From positions 3,028,596-3,092,595 of the forward strand of contig NW_002060950.1 of the NCBI RefSeq assembly GCF_000150275.1: a stretch of 64,000 bases of DNA, in the 5' to 3' direction. Below the pieces are notes generated by a model that saw nothing but the letters and a program-made list of their open reading frames with translations, was not told the DNA's origin and did not search any database. This document shows positions 48,201 to 61,400 of this stretch, piece after piece (the stretch's first letter is position 1; the number at the start of each line of letters is the position of its first letter). This stretch comes from Trichoplax adhaerens. Lineage: Eukaryota > Animalia > Placozoa. The translations under genes were made by a program, and so were the position numbers.

Positions 48201-51200
48201 AATTATCAAGAATATTTTGTGTGATTCTTTTTAAAGTGTACGTTCTCAATCTCGTGGTACGCCTGATTTATAATAGGATAACCAAGGAGAATTCTAAACT
48301 TCGTGCTCCAGCGTGGAAGAAAGTAAATCGAGGACTACGGGTAACGTGCCCTTCATTGAAGTATAATAATACATCTTTTTCACAACAGGCATCTTCATTC
48401 ACGTACCTGCCTAGCAAAATGTCCTCGATGCTATTGCTTAATAAACTCTCACCGTCAACCTTTTCAAGCTGGTCGTGTAACGTACCAATTATAGATGATA
48501 ATCAAAAGATTGATTTCAATGGTAAAGTTATTACTGTTTTGAAAAGGCCACTACAAGCTATAAGTAATAATGTAAGTATCGACAAGATTTCACGAAGATT
48601 TATACGCTGAATGGTTGAATTGCGGCTAGGATAGATTCTATAGAATAAACTAAATTTAAATCTTTATATTTCTCTCTTCGGTATCTTGTACATTAGTTCG
48701 ATGTCATCGTAAATTCTATAATGTTATGGAATTATAGCGCTGGACAAATTGCATCAGCTTTATATCAATCTGGTGGCGCTGCATACCGACTTGAATGTCA
48801 GAGGAAATTATATACATTAAGTACGACAAGTATAGGTTGCACAAGTGGCGTTCACTTCGGATGTCAATACGTCTACCATATTCCATTTCTAAGTTCTTCT
48901 AGGCACTTATCGGTAAGCTGATTCATTTGCATAAGTAAGTGATCTTAATTAAACTTCAATCCTGATACTGAAACTTTTCATGGTAGTGGTTAAAGCCTAA
49001 AATTGGCGAATGCTTACGAAAAGCTAGTAAACAGTCTATGCAATCCATGGCAATACCAGCGATTGGTGCTGGCCACGTTGGTATTAAAGCGCAAGATCTT
49101 GCTAGAGAAATGATATCCACCACTTGTAAATATTTGTTAAAAAATGCTGATACAAGTTTGAATGTCATTGCTTTTGTCATTTTGGATCAAGACATCTACG
49201 ATGCGTACACGAAATCGATCGATGCTGCTCAGATTGAGCTGAATTCATATTGCCAAGAGAGTAACTTCTCTACGAATCAACTAGATAATGGATTGGTTGA
49301 TCAGATAACTAAATGCAAGAAAATTCCGGGTAAAATTGAAGAGGAAAAGCTCGATACACTATTAACAGTAACCTCAGAAAGCAATGCCAAATTATCTTGC
49401 AATTTCTGTTTTGGAGTAATGCATGCTGTACAAACATCAGCAGTCATTAATACAACTCATATCTGCCATCTTCATCAATCAGAAGATCATTTATCAGCAA
49501 GACTAGATTCCACTGTCAAAAACCATTGCTTAGAGAGTATTCATGTGGATAAAAGCACACAAAGTGACTGTAGCATTTTTAAAGTTTGTCCATATGGCCT
49601 GATTGATGATTTCGGCTCTTTGTTAGCTTGCGTCAATGCTAATGAAAACACGTCGATATCATGTCCTCTTGCCAGTACAGAAATCACCGAAGAAGATATC
49701 AAATTACTCATTCAAGCTATCTATCTATTCTTAGATAGTCATAAGAAATCAGGAATTAGTCTTCAACGTATTGATTTTATCACTGGAAATAGAGAATTAG
49801 CATATGAGATTGCGAGTTGGGCACAGCACCAGTTCGAGAATGCACACAAATCTTATTCAGATTATACAATCGCATGGCAGATAACTCGGCCATTTTCCTA
49901 CAACAATTTTGGCAAAAATGTTACCATTGTAGCTAGTCGGTATGAAATTATTGAGCAAATTGAATCACTATTAGCAAGTTACGCTCCAAGTTGGACATGT
50001 GTTGTTTTCGCTGAAGAAGATATGCTTGGATATGATGAAGAAACTTGGCATGCACTAATTCAAGATTGGTGGTGCCACCACAGTACCTTAATGATCAGAA
50101 ATACAAATACAAAACAACTGCAAATCTACGGCTATAAAAATGACATCTTCACAACCTATAGCAATTTTCAAAAATCATCCAGCCTGAAAACATATCAGTC
50201 AGCTATGGAGGAGAACAGAAAAGAACTTTTGGAAACTGTTCAATGGAATGTCAATATCAAACAAGCTGTGCATCAATTTGATCTTGTAATGAATTATCAG
50301 CTTGAAATAGATTATCAAGCATATTTGAACGATAAAACAAAATCAAACGTTATTTTAGATGGTAAATCAATCGATTTTATCAGGATGGCAATTACAGTGG
50401 ATACTGGAATGTCTTATCCAATCTGGCGCAAGTTTGCATTGGAAGGTTAGTCAATCCGCCTACTCTTAAAATAAGCCTTGATTAACTATTCGCTTTAACG
50501 TAGCACGTAAATGTCCATATGCAATCATTTAGTGAAGACACGAGTTTGTCTCAAAACTTTTCAATCTGCTATGCACTCATTATCAAGGCACAAAATAGAA
50601 AACAGCTTCACATATTCATAGAAACTACGATCATACTGCTATTTAACTTTATACGTAAACGAATTGGAAAAATTGGGTATATCTCCTATCACTTTTAATT
50701 TACTTATAGTAGGTTAAATAGTAAGTTCAAAATAATGATCACTTTCTAGATTTTGGTTGTGCAAAGGTCTCAATCTTGCTGCTGGAAGAATTTACGATAC
50801 TTCGAAATCATTTAAACATGATATTGAAATAAAAAAAAAAATTTACAATGGCTAAGATTGCAAAAAAATGCGTAGTTTAGGATGGCATTCTATAGTCTCC
50901 CTTTGATCGTAACATGTAATTACTCATATGTTACAATGTCGAGACCTCGCATATTGTTTATACCGTATCAATAGTTTTAATTACTTAATGAGTAATAGTC
51001 AAGCTACTAAATAGCGTGTAATATTAGATTATCTTTCTTCCAGCATTTCATGAAGTTTAAACATACTTTGATTTTGCGAATCAAAAATTGCATTTAGATT
51101 GTTTTAAGATTTTGGCAGATTTCTTTTAGTTAAGATCAGTTAAAATTTCCCTTAATTTTGATTTTGCGAATCATGACCTTGAGTTTGACTAATTTAAAAT

Positions 51201-52107
51201 CTTGTACATTATTAATGCAACCTGTTAGTGTGCACCGATGTCAAAGTCGAATATATCGTTGCAGATTAATTAATTAATGCAGTTCTTATTAAATCCAACA
51301 GACCCTACAGATAGTTTAAAATCTGGCTTACGAATGTTTCAATTCTGTTATATTAAATTATCTAACTTTCCAAATGAATTTGATATATCAATAGATTCAT
51401 TACCAGCAAGTTGGCAATCAGCTGAAGCAGATACCCAGAAAGATGAACTGAAATTAATAGTGGAAGTGAGGAATCAGGCAGAAATACAAGAAATTTCCGA
51501 ACTAGTGCGAGCTAAAGGAATAGATCTAATAAAATTACAGCGTATCCAAAATAGGAATCTGTACCGGAGGTATCAGCTACAGAAAGCAGAAGTAACACAA
51601 GACGTACAGCAATATCAGCCAGGAACTGTAATTGAAAGGCGATTATTCCACCGGACGAATGAGAATAATGTGAATAGTATTTGCAAATCCGGCTTTGATC
51701 GAGATTACTCCGGTAAATCTCATGGTAGGTTCAGCTTAAAATAAGAGTTTTTATCAATGTTAGCATTGATAGATGAGTAGAGCACACTCATTTATGTAGG
51801 CTCAAATTAGAAACAATTTACTAAATTTTGTCCAATATATCTACGATTAGGATCCGCATTAGGAAATGGAACTTACTTCGCCACTGAACCATCCACTACC
51901 GTCGGCTATGGGCGTACATTAATTCTGGCTCGCGTACTTACCGGCATCTGCAATACTTCTGGTAATGTCCGTAATTTGCAATATATTCCAGGCAGTCAGA
52001 ATAAAAGAATTCATTCTGTAGTGAATAGCTTGTTAAATCCTACAGTATTTGTAATATTTAACGACAACGCTGCATATCCGGAATATATATTACATGTTCG
52101 GCAATAA
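45232..52107 (+). CDS. PARP14: G5: PARP14-like macro-PARP (~600 aa charged disordered N-terminus, KH-like array, 2 macrodomains, KH-like, WWE, ART with HGT>HRT). Symbol is family-level.
   Basis: Exons 45232-45247, 45348-48075, 48277-48571, 48697-48912, 48987-50445, 51395-51724, 51851-52107 (1766 aa, frame-consistent). Macro FDVIVNSI...SMAIPAIGAG; WWE QWNVNIKQAVHQFDLVMNYQLEIDY; ART RRLFHRT...GNGTYFA...LARVLTG...PTVFVIFNDNAAYPEYIL. The last exon is absent from the ORF track. Confidence 0.87.
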
Positions 52108-55100
52108 GGTCACAAATAGCCTCTAATTGTAATGCTTACTCAAATGTAAAGGCTGTATCAGCTCTCTTTCGTCAAATTAATGAATCACCACCATATTAAG
52201 ATTTCGTTGTAATTGTGCTTTCATATCTTCGAATTATTTTGCTCACACATATTAATGGCTTTAGCCTTAGTTTGTACGACCTAAAATCTTGAAATAGTAA
52301 TAGGACAATTTGTCCTGCCTAGGATGAGAGAGTTAAATTATACTAACGCGATTGTTAATACGTAAATTAGGCCTAATTAAAACCTTAACTTTAGTATTTG
52401 ACTTTACCATTTGATGCATTGCCTATATTTGTATCTATGATGCTTACAAAGCTTCAAATTTCGTTACTTAATCTCCAATTTTGTAAATATTTTAGGATAT
52501 ACATGTTTTGCACAGAGTATCTGCTTATAATTAATATCTAAGCCTATTTACTGAGCATCGTATTATTTTGAACCAGGCCGTAATATAATGTTCATTTCTT
52601 TGTACTAGTTAATGATCATATTCTATTCAATAAAGCAGCTGACAAGATTTTATGAGCAGATGGAATTTACTAGCACGCGATAATACGAGTATCGAAATTG
52701 CTCATTCAGCTCATTCTACATCAGTAATGATATAATGTGTACGAATACAGTAAGAATGTAAATAAAAAGGCAAGCTATGTAAATTGTCATTAAAGTACGC
52801 ACATTGAGGCATGATCTGTTTCCAAATCTCAAAAATTTCATAGATTTATTAGTTTCAATTATTTTGATAGATAAGATAGAATCTGTCTCCAAAGCAGTTT
52901 CGTAATTGGCTCGCAGATGGAGACTGCATTCAAATCTTACAACAATTTACAAGTTTGTCATATCTGTGGATATGATTAGCACTACTCGAATGTGATTCTT
53001 TTGATCATCCTTTAAAATGTTTTAAAATTAATGTTGGAGATTGATTCTGAATTTACTTGTAATCTATGTTAAACGAAACCAAAAGAAAATAGTTTGATTC
53101 AACACTTTCAGATAACATTACATAAATTATTAAGGCATCAAGGCTCGATTAGAATGAGTTGTTGATTAGGAAGAATTCGAACATCCTTTGATTCTATCAC
53201 AAAGCAAAAAATCCAGTTCTTTACAATCTATTTAAGAATAGGCTATTTACTAAGATTCGAAATTATCGGATTGTACTAAAATAGATGAATTAAACGTTTC
53301 ATTGTAAGCTTAAGATTTAAAATTATAGAATTATACAAAAACGGATGAATTGAACAAGTGATTGTAAAATTAAACATTTAATTGAATCAATTTCGTACAA
53401 CCGTATAATTTTAAATCTTGAGCTAATTTGGTACTGCACTGAATCATGATAGAATACACGCATGATCTCTCGTAACTCCGATAGATATCTTCTAGATATT
53501 AAGAATATCAACTTAGTTTAATAAATTTGGTTTTGATGCCAGACAAAATCTACGTCAAAAAATTTGAAAAATTCTTTTCTATTTTTGTCTAAACAGACAA
53601 AATTCTATCATAGAATTACAATTTAGCATCGAATAAACAGAAAGAATTGAAGCATTGCCTTATTTAACCCACTATTTGCAGTCTCATTTGTATGTGTATT
53701 CATTGTGTAGTAGATTAGCCATCCTATTAGCAGCTATTGCTATTACCTTCCAATATTACAGCAATTGTACTTGTCACGACTGCAAGTTAAACTTAAAAAA
53801 AAATTTCCTTTATTTACACGTTACCAACGAGCAACAACACACAGCAAATTGCCAAAAAGCAATTTAATGACTTATTCAAATTTAACATAAGCCGAAGTCT
53901 CCCTTTTTTCTCTATCCCCTTTTATACAATTATAGTTAATATATCAATACTCTATATTTGTAAGATAAGTTAATGAAACCACGACAACAGTAAATAAGTT
54001 TTAAAACATAATCTCACGACAGTAATTATCCCTAAATGGTAAATATAACAAGTAATAATCCTTAATATGGAAATCAATTAAACTTAACAGCACTATTCTA
54101 CTGTAAGATAGACGTATAATGAGAAATAACTTAAGCAGACTAGAAGTTGCACTATTAGTTATACTAGTGCAAACTCCCGTCGCTTTGCTGATTCATATGT
54201 TGCCTTTACATAATAATTATCTATTTACACTCGAATCATCGAAACTGTGTACGTCCTTATTTAAAATTGAATCAATTTTATACAATTCTATTCAATAGCA
54301 TTTAATTCTGTTGTTGATTTTAACTACCTATAGCATTAGTTTCTATACAAGTCGCATAAATTAATAGAACGATGAATAGACGAGAGAGAATAGAAATGAC
54401 ATAGAAAGCTTTTATGATAATCATTTTGTTATAGAAGAGAAATAACATATTACATTAAGGCAGTAGTAGCGCGAGCTTAAGTTTTCAAGGCAGTATAATA
54501 ATCAAGATCTCATAGCTTGTATTCTTTGTGGCAAATATTACTCATCGTAGCTATTAAGACTCATTAAAGGTAGCGTATTTCAACATGATCTACCTCAACG
54601 GTCTCCATTAGCTTCACTTTAGAACAATCATAATTGTTTTTGATAACACGCATGGAATTTTGCCCTTAACATTGATTTAAATTAATTTTTCGACTTTGAA
54701 CTTGGTTCACCAGAATGACTTATAGAAAGAATTTCTATGTTATTGATTATCGAAACTTAAACGACGACAGTTAACGATTGAAAGCATCTAAGAATCGAGA
54801 AAGTTGTTTCTGCCGAAGAATAAAAGGTAACTATTTGCTATAATTAATCGCTGAGCATCTCTTTTACTTAAATAACGACATTTAGCAATAGAAAGTACGT
54901 AGGAATGAAGAATGCATTTTTATCTTAGGTTAGAACTTAATTATTTGCTAGTAATCAATTTCTAAGCATCACTTAAAGGTTTAAAAATTTTTTTGCCTTA
55001 AATGTGATTATTTAATCAAGACAATTTCGATCGCTGCTTGTTATTGAACTAATTTACCGCTCCCTTGAGTGAATGATTATTTATACAAACTTGTTCCAAT

Positions 55101-55111
55101 CATTTTATACC

Positions 55112-55212
55112 CAATTTGAAAATATAGTACAGCAGTAAAGATTGTTCGGTTTGAAACTGCAGCATTAATTCTATTCAATTGAAGAATAGAGTACAGTAGT
55201 GAAAACTGTTCG
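55112..55212 (+). repeat. Direct repeat, 2 copies, ~64 bp period
   Basis: caatttgaaaatatagtacagcagtaaagattgttcg versus caattgaagaatagagtacagtagtgaaaactgttcg. Confidence 0.65.
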
Positions 55213-56004
55213 CTTTTACTTGAATTATCAATTTAACTAATTTATAATTATAAGTGACGATTCAGAAGGTAATAAATCCTACATAGTCAAAACTGGTTAC
55301 TTCATTTTTGTAATTTTAACAAAAGTGAATACTTCAAAACACTTTAGCGTCGAGTGCTGTAATTTTATCAATGATGGGAAAATTTTTAATAATATAGGAA
55401 AAAAGCTTTATCCCAGCATACTTATTTTACTCAATCTAAGTGTAAAAATATTATTGAGACAGCAAAATACGTAGCCAATTGATTAAACTAAATAGCATAC
55501 AATGACTAATATTTGAAATTCGATAAATTACTGTGTGTATAACTGGAGATCCAATGCTTTGAGCTGGTGCTGAAGTTTGTATCTTTCAATTGGTAAGGTA
55601 GCAAACATATTAGGATCATAAATGAATAACAAGAATAGAGAGGCTGTAGTTGGGTGTGATGAAATTCATCTAACCGTTTAAATGGATGTGTGTTAACTTC
55701 AAGTTACATTTTATGGGGATCTCATTGGCATACTTAGCTAATTTAACGACTACTTTGAGCGAAAGAGAATCATGAAACAGGCTACAACACTTAATAACGC
55801 CAAGTAAGAGCATTCATACCATTTATATTAGTGTATAGAGTGAGATTTCACTGACATTACACTGTTCTAAATCTTGATAGAATAAGTATGGTGATGACTA
55901 AGAGACTTTGCTCCAAGGAATTTTCATTTTTTCGTAGTGATTTTCGATAATCGTACTAAAATGAATTAACAGTGCATTTATGATTATTTATTACACTGTA
56001 TGTA

Positions 56005-56357
56005 ATACGATATTAGAATTATCTTCTGAAGCTATTTCAATTAACGACTCCATTGTTTTTGCTGAGAATATACTCCTAGTTATATATTGTTGCAATGCAA
56101 TATTCGGATAATTTTGTATAGTAATTTCACTTAATAATTCTAATGCGTGTGTTGGAGTGTACTCGTAGTCCTAAATTGGAAATATAAACAATATTGCAAT
56201 AATCTTCCGTGGTGATCTCAGCTAATGTTTCCAATAAGTGTTCAGAATGCATTAGTAATTATTTGACTATAGTGGATGTAGTACAACATTAGAATTATCC
56301 TCTGTAGTGATATCAACTAGAATTTATGTTGAGGTTGTACTCGTAATTATATATTGG
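56005..56357 (+). repeat. Degenerate minisatellite, ~90 bp x 4
   Basis: attagaattatc-like and tactc(c/g)ta(g/a)t-like motifs recur in units at ~56006, 56096, 56188, 56282; partial copy near 56990. Confidence 0.65.
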
Positions 56358-58428
56358 TCTCACAAAAGAGCTTTGCAGCAAGATAAGGGAATTTACGATC
56401 AATAAGTGAATTGCTTGAATCACGTATCAAGGAGCGATATATACACAATCAGGAACACTTTTACTCTACTAGCAGACAACACAAAGGCTTAGACGCCTCT
56501 TATTTTACGTTAAACACTAGGTTTCACAATTAACTTCATTACACGATATATTGCGTTTACATACTGTACTCCTCCTTAATAGTTCATGAGTCATAGTTAG
56601 TATGGTTAACTTTGGAATCATTGGCAGTTTTATATGTTAATTTAAGCTACTTCTCCCTAATGCAGACAACAGTATTTACGAACATAGACATCTGATGACT
56701 AATACAGAATAGTCAGATTACGATATGTCCTATCACGGGACATTTCCATGATAATTTGCAATCTACCATAAGTAAGCTACAATCATAATGATTTGAACTG
56801 TAAGTAGATAATTCGCATTGCCTAATATAACTATTAATTTCAGTATATGTATATATGCCACTGTCATAAAAAGCCAGTGCTATATTAAAATACATTATAT
56901 CCAAATTAGAAATTAACTAAATAAGAATAGGCTAACAAAATTATCTTAACATAGATATTTTTACTCTAATACAGTATATAAGACTGTCATAATTGGATGT
57001 AGTACAATGTAAGAAATAAGCGATATCGTAGCTCTCGAATCATATCTTTCTGAAGTGCTATATGCGGTCAGTGTTGCAACATTGCTTAGATTAAAGTAAA
57101 AATTTAAAAGCTACGCTTTAATTATACCCGGTAAAATATAGCTACATCTTTACGGGGCATGCGTATTGGTTCATTTTGCCCAGCAAGGTTATTAAAGTAT
57201 TGATATTGAACATGAACTCAGCAATATAATACTACTGTAATTGTTTGATACATTAAATAAAGCTTGGGCTCATAGTCTAATCTTTTGAGGGAAGTATAGT
57301 TATCCTGTACCCTTTTGATGATGAAAAATTGTCATTAATTGAGTGATACTATTGGTGGATGACGAAAAGGATAGGTCTGCCCAGTGGCCTTATAAGTACA
57401 TCTAATTTCTAAGTAATAGTTTACATTTACTTTGTTGCAAATCGTAATTTATAACAGAAGTAAGGGAAGGAAGATAAAGCCTTTGCTAACTCTTGCAATA
57501 TGAGGAACCATTATTTGATTACCATATTGCAACCGTAAGATTGATTCTCTGATCTACCCTGTAGCAGATCAAAATTTGATTCAGAAGCTTAGAAATAGCA
57601 TAATTTTTTAATTTAATCATTTGTTAATACTTGGAGTTACTAGAATATCATGTATGCTAATGTGACATTCATTAATTAATGCATCATCAATATTATAATT
57701 TTGTTGTGTGATGAATCATATGTTGACACCTAGCTACTAATTAACTAATATTAAATGTCATAGAAAGTGTGTTGTGATTCTGGCTATAATAAGTATGTAG
57801 ACTGGGTTATTAATTAATTACTGTTTTTGCACCAACGAAGTTGGTGAGGATATATAAAGTCTCAAAGTTCTTAATTGAGAGTTAGTTACGTTAGTCGATG
57901 ACAGCTGGTTATCAGTTGCTAGTCGTAATTGTAAGTTGTGTGTTCAATCGGACATTTTAATAAAATAGCTTCTAGAATAAAGTTTTGATCCTTAACGTGA
58001 GTAATCTATCGTCTAAGACTCGAATCTAAGTTTGGTTGATTAAAGAGTGCTTAGAGTTAGTTGCTTAGATAGTTAAGTCTACTTTAGAGGAAAGAATCCC
58101 GTTTAATTCTTGTGTTACAATCTCGGTTGTGACAGCTAATACTACTTGCTTTGCTAAAAATTGCTGTATTTCATCATATTGATAGAACCTAGTTAATTGC
58201 AATACCGATCAAATTTTTAGCAACTATTCAAAATTAATTGCCAGTAACTTATGAGTACTGTTATATATATACGAGCATACGCTTTCTCAGTATGGTTAGA
58301 ATTATCTTAAAATTACAGAGAAACTCAATACTTTTGTTTATTATCTAATATAGGTTTGAATTATCGATCCTTTCTATATAGGATAGAGTTTTGCATATTT
58401 TCAAGCTTTCCTTAGTATCCCCTAAAAG

Positions 58429-61400
58429 ATGGCAACGACAAATTCTCTCAGGTCTGCTCTTTCTATATTACAATATTATAGCTAAAAAAAAGCAAATCGT
58501 AATTTTTTAATGCGTTAAACAGCTAGTTAAAAACTTTTAATTATCTAATCCATTCAGAAGCATTTACAGTATTGCTTTAAAATATCTTAGAATAAGTATC
58601 ATCATTTCATAACTTTAACAGATAACCAAATACTAATTTCAGTGCATAACAAAAGCGATTAAATGGTTCTTGATTCACTGTCAATAAATTCAAGTTGCAC
58701 AAGCATCTAAGATTTAGGCATTTTATCCTCAATTATAGTTTTATTGAAATAATATTAATGCATTTAGTTCTGTATTAATTAATCTTAATAGCTAAAGAAT
58801 TATTAATCAGAAGTCCATCTATATTTTAACAGAATATTTACTTCAAATTAATACTACCATGAATTATCTACATAATCAAGCGTAATAATTTTATGATCTG
58901 ATTGATAAATAAGTTATAGTCTTTAATAGCATGGTAAAAATTCACTGTAAACTCTATGACTTAGAAAATGATTTAGTTTGACAGAATCCAGTAGATTATT
59001 AATTACCAGCAGCAGAAGTGTCTTTGTTTATTTTTGATTTGCAAGACATTAGAAAGTTTAATAAACTGTACATTATAATTCGTAACGTTATTAAAGTATT
59101 GGTTAATTTAAGAAGACCTTAAATCGAAATATATGCTGTACCTCTTCATGCTACCTTTCGTTGGAGGCATCGAAGATAATTGTAGTGAAAATTGTAGAAA
59201 CCATCATTTGTATCACCTAAATTTTATTAGTGATTGGCTTTTTATATGTCATCACTAAAATTAAATAGCTACCAAAAATTACCGTCCTATTCCAATTTTA
59301 ATATGAACTTATTTATAATTTATTAGCATTCATCAATTAAATAGTAATTCGTACGAAATATGGGTTTGTGAGATGGAAGAGATCGCCTTAAAGGTAGAAA
59401 AATTTACCGTATGTGATATAGACGAGTAAAGACTACTTATTTGCTGATTGTTAAGCTAGATTAGATGGAAGTCGATTTCCTTATTTTCTAAGGATTTATG
59501 TCGACAATTTAAGACTTACGATAATCCTACATGATATGAAACTGTAATAATTTTCAGTTTATTATAGCAATTATATGCTTTGAAAGTATGGTAATGCTGC
59601 AAAAATATCAATTAGCTCTAGCCGTTTTGTAAAAAGCACTTTTGCAAACAATGAATTAATAAATCATCAACATTAAATTCTATGTTTAATTTGATATTTT
59701 AATATCTACTTGGTCCCTTCATTCTAGATGAAAGACTAAGTTTTTACTATAGATCACTATTAGCTGATGAAACTTGTAGACAAATACAGTCTGAAGTAGT
59801 AATCTTAAAACTTGTGTATGCATTCATTTATTTTGCAATGTATTTTAAAATAGAAATTTTTGATTAAACTATGGATAATCGAAAATTAAAAATATACTCT
59901 AAAAATAAACCTGCTATTTCATTATGAATATAAATACATAAAATCTCTTGACATTATGGTTAGAAATTTATAGGACAAGTAAACACCCTAACGTCCTCAC
60001 GTAGTAGTATCAAATTCGGAAAATATGTTCATTATAAAAAAAAAGAACGAAATTTTGCGTAAGTAGTTAAAAATAACATTGAGGCTTTGTAAGGTTAAAA
60101 TTTTATCAGATTCATATGATAAATGTATAGGAACAGGGAAAAAATATATGATAAATTTGATGCAAAGTTACTTTTTGGTTTGTTAATGGCTATAGCATAT
60201 CATCAGACATAATTGTTAGTATCATTTCTTGTTATTGAGGCTTAATGAAGCCTATAATGCAGAAATCACAAGCATTAGTTAATTGCTTGACTCCGCTAAA
60301 TACATTAAATCATGCCAGCAATCGCTTTCTATTCAAACTAATTCTTCATCATGCGTTGACACAGAATCCTTCAGGTCTTCTCCGAAAATGATGCTGTGAC
60401 GGTAATGGCAAATCTTTATGGCAGAAGGCTTGAAGGAAGTCGATTATCTTTCCGAGTTTATTGGTCTTTGGCAATGCCGTTGGGCTTGCGCCAACGATTA
60501 AATGAAATGCTATTTCAAAAGAGAGAGAAAGTAAAGGCTTGTAAAGGCAATTTTTATGATAGCTTGTTAGAAAGCAGGTGAATAATGCTTATTGGTATTG
60601 ACATTAATATCTGAAGAAAAATAGTACCGATATAAGAAAGCTTTTTACGTTTTCGTAAAGAATTGTTAAATAAGTATGGAAATTAGATTCTTACTGATTG
60701 ATTGACAGATAGAAATGGTCATTCAATTTCTATAAGAGCAAAAAATTAGAACCGTGTCTGGATATGTATATGTATATATATATGGAGAAAAGTCTAGCTT
60801 TATCTAACTATAATATCTTTTCCATTATTTTTTTAGAAAAATCCTCTACCACAGGAAATTACGGCATTTTACAGGCGAATCTAAACCAATCACCATTCAT
60901 GTATCACGATTGCCAATATCGATGAGCATAGTAAGCCCTTTCGTCAATTAACAATAATATACTAGAATAATATCATCGTGTTTGATACCTACTAAGTGTG
61001 TAAGGGTAAACTGAGCTCTCTAAAAGATTAGTTTTCGTTATTTATAGGTGGAATGTATTCACTGCTTTAGTCAAGCTGGAGAAATTATTGATTGCAAAAA
61101 TGGCTCTTCTGATTGCATGTAAATATAGATAAATGGGTTTTTAATAGATCGGTCGTCTGATAGTACTAGGAAGTTAGATAAACTTACGAATATCAGAGAC
61201 TAATTATAATATGTCTACGGTCGAACTGTACACTTAATTTCATCAGTGCCTAAGTTGATATACAGCAAATAAATCTATTCTTACTTAACAACTTGCGCTC
61301 AATTTTAAATTATTTTAAATTAAATAGTAGATCAAAACCTTTGCTATACTTGCCGTACAAAAAATATCAGCAAAATACTGTCATTATCCTAAATTTCGTA

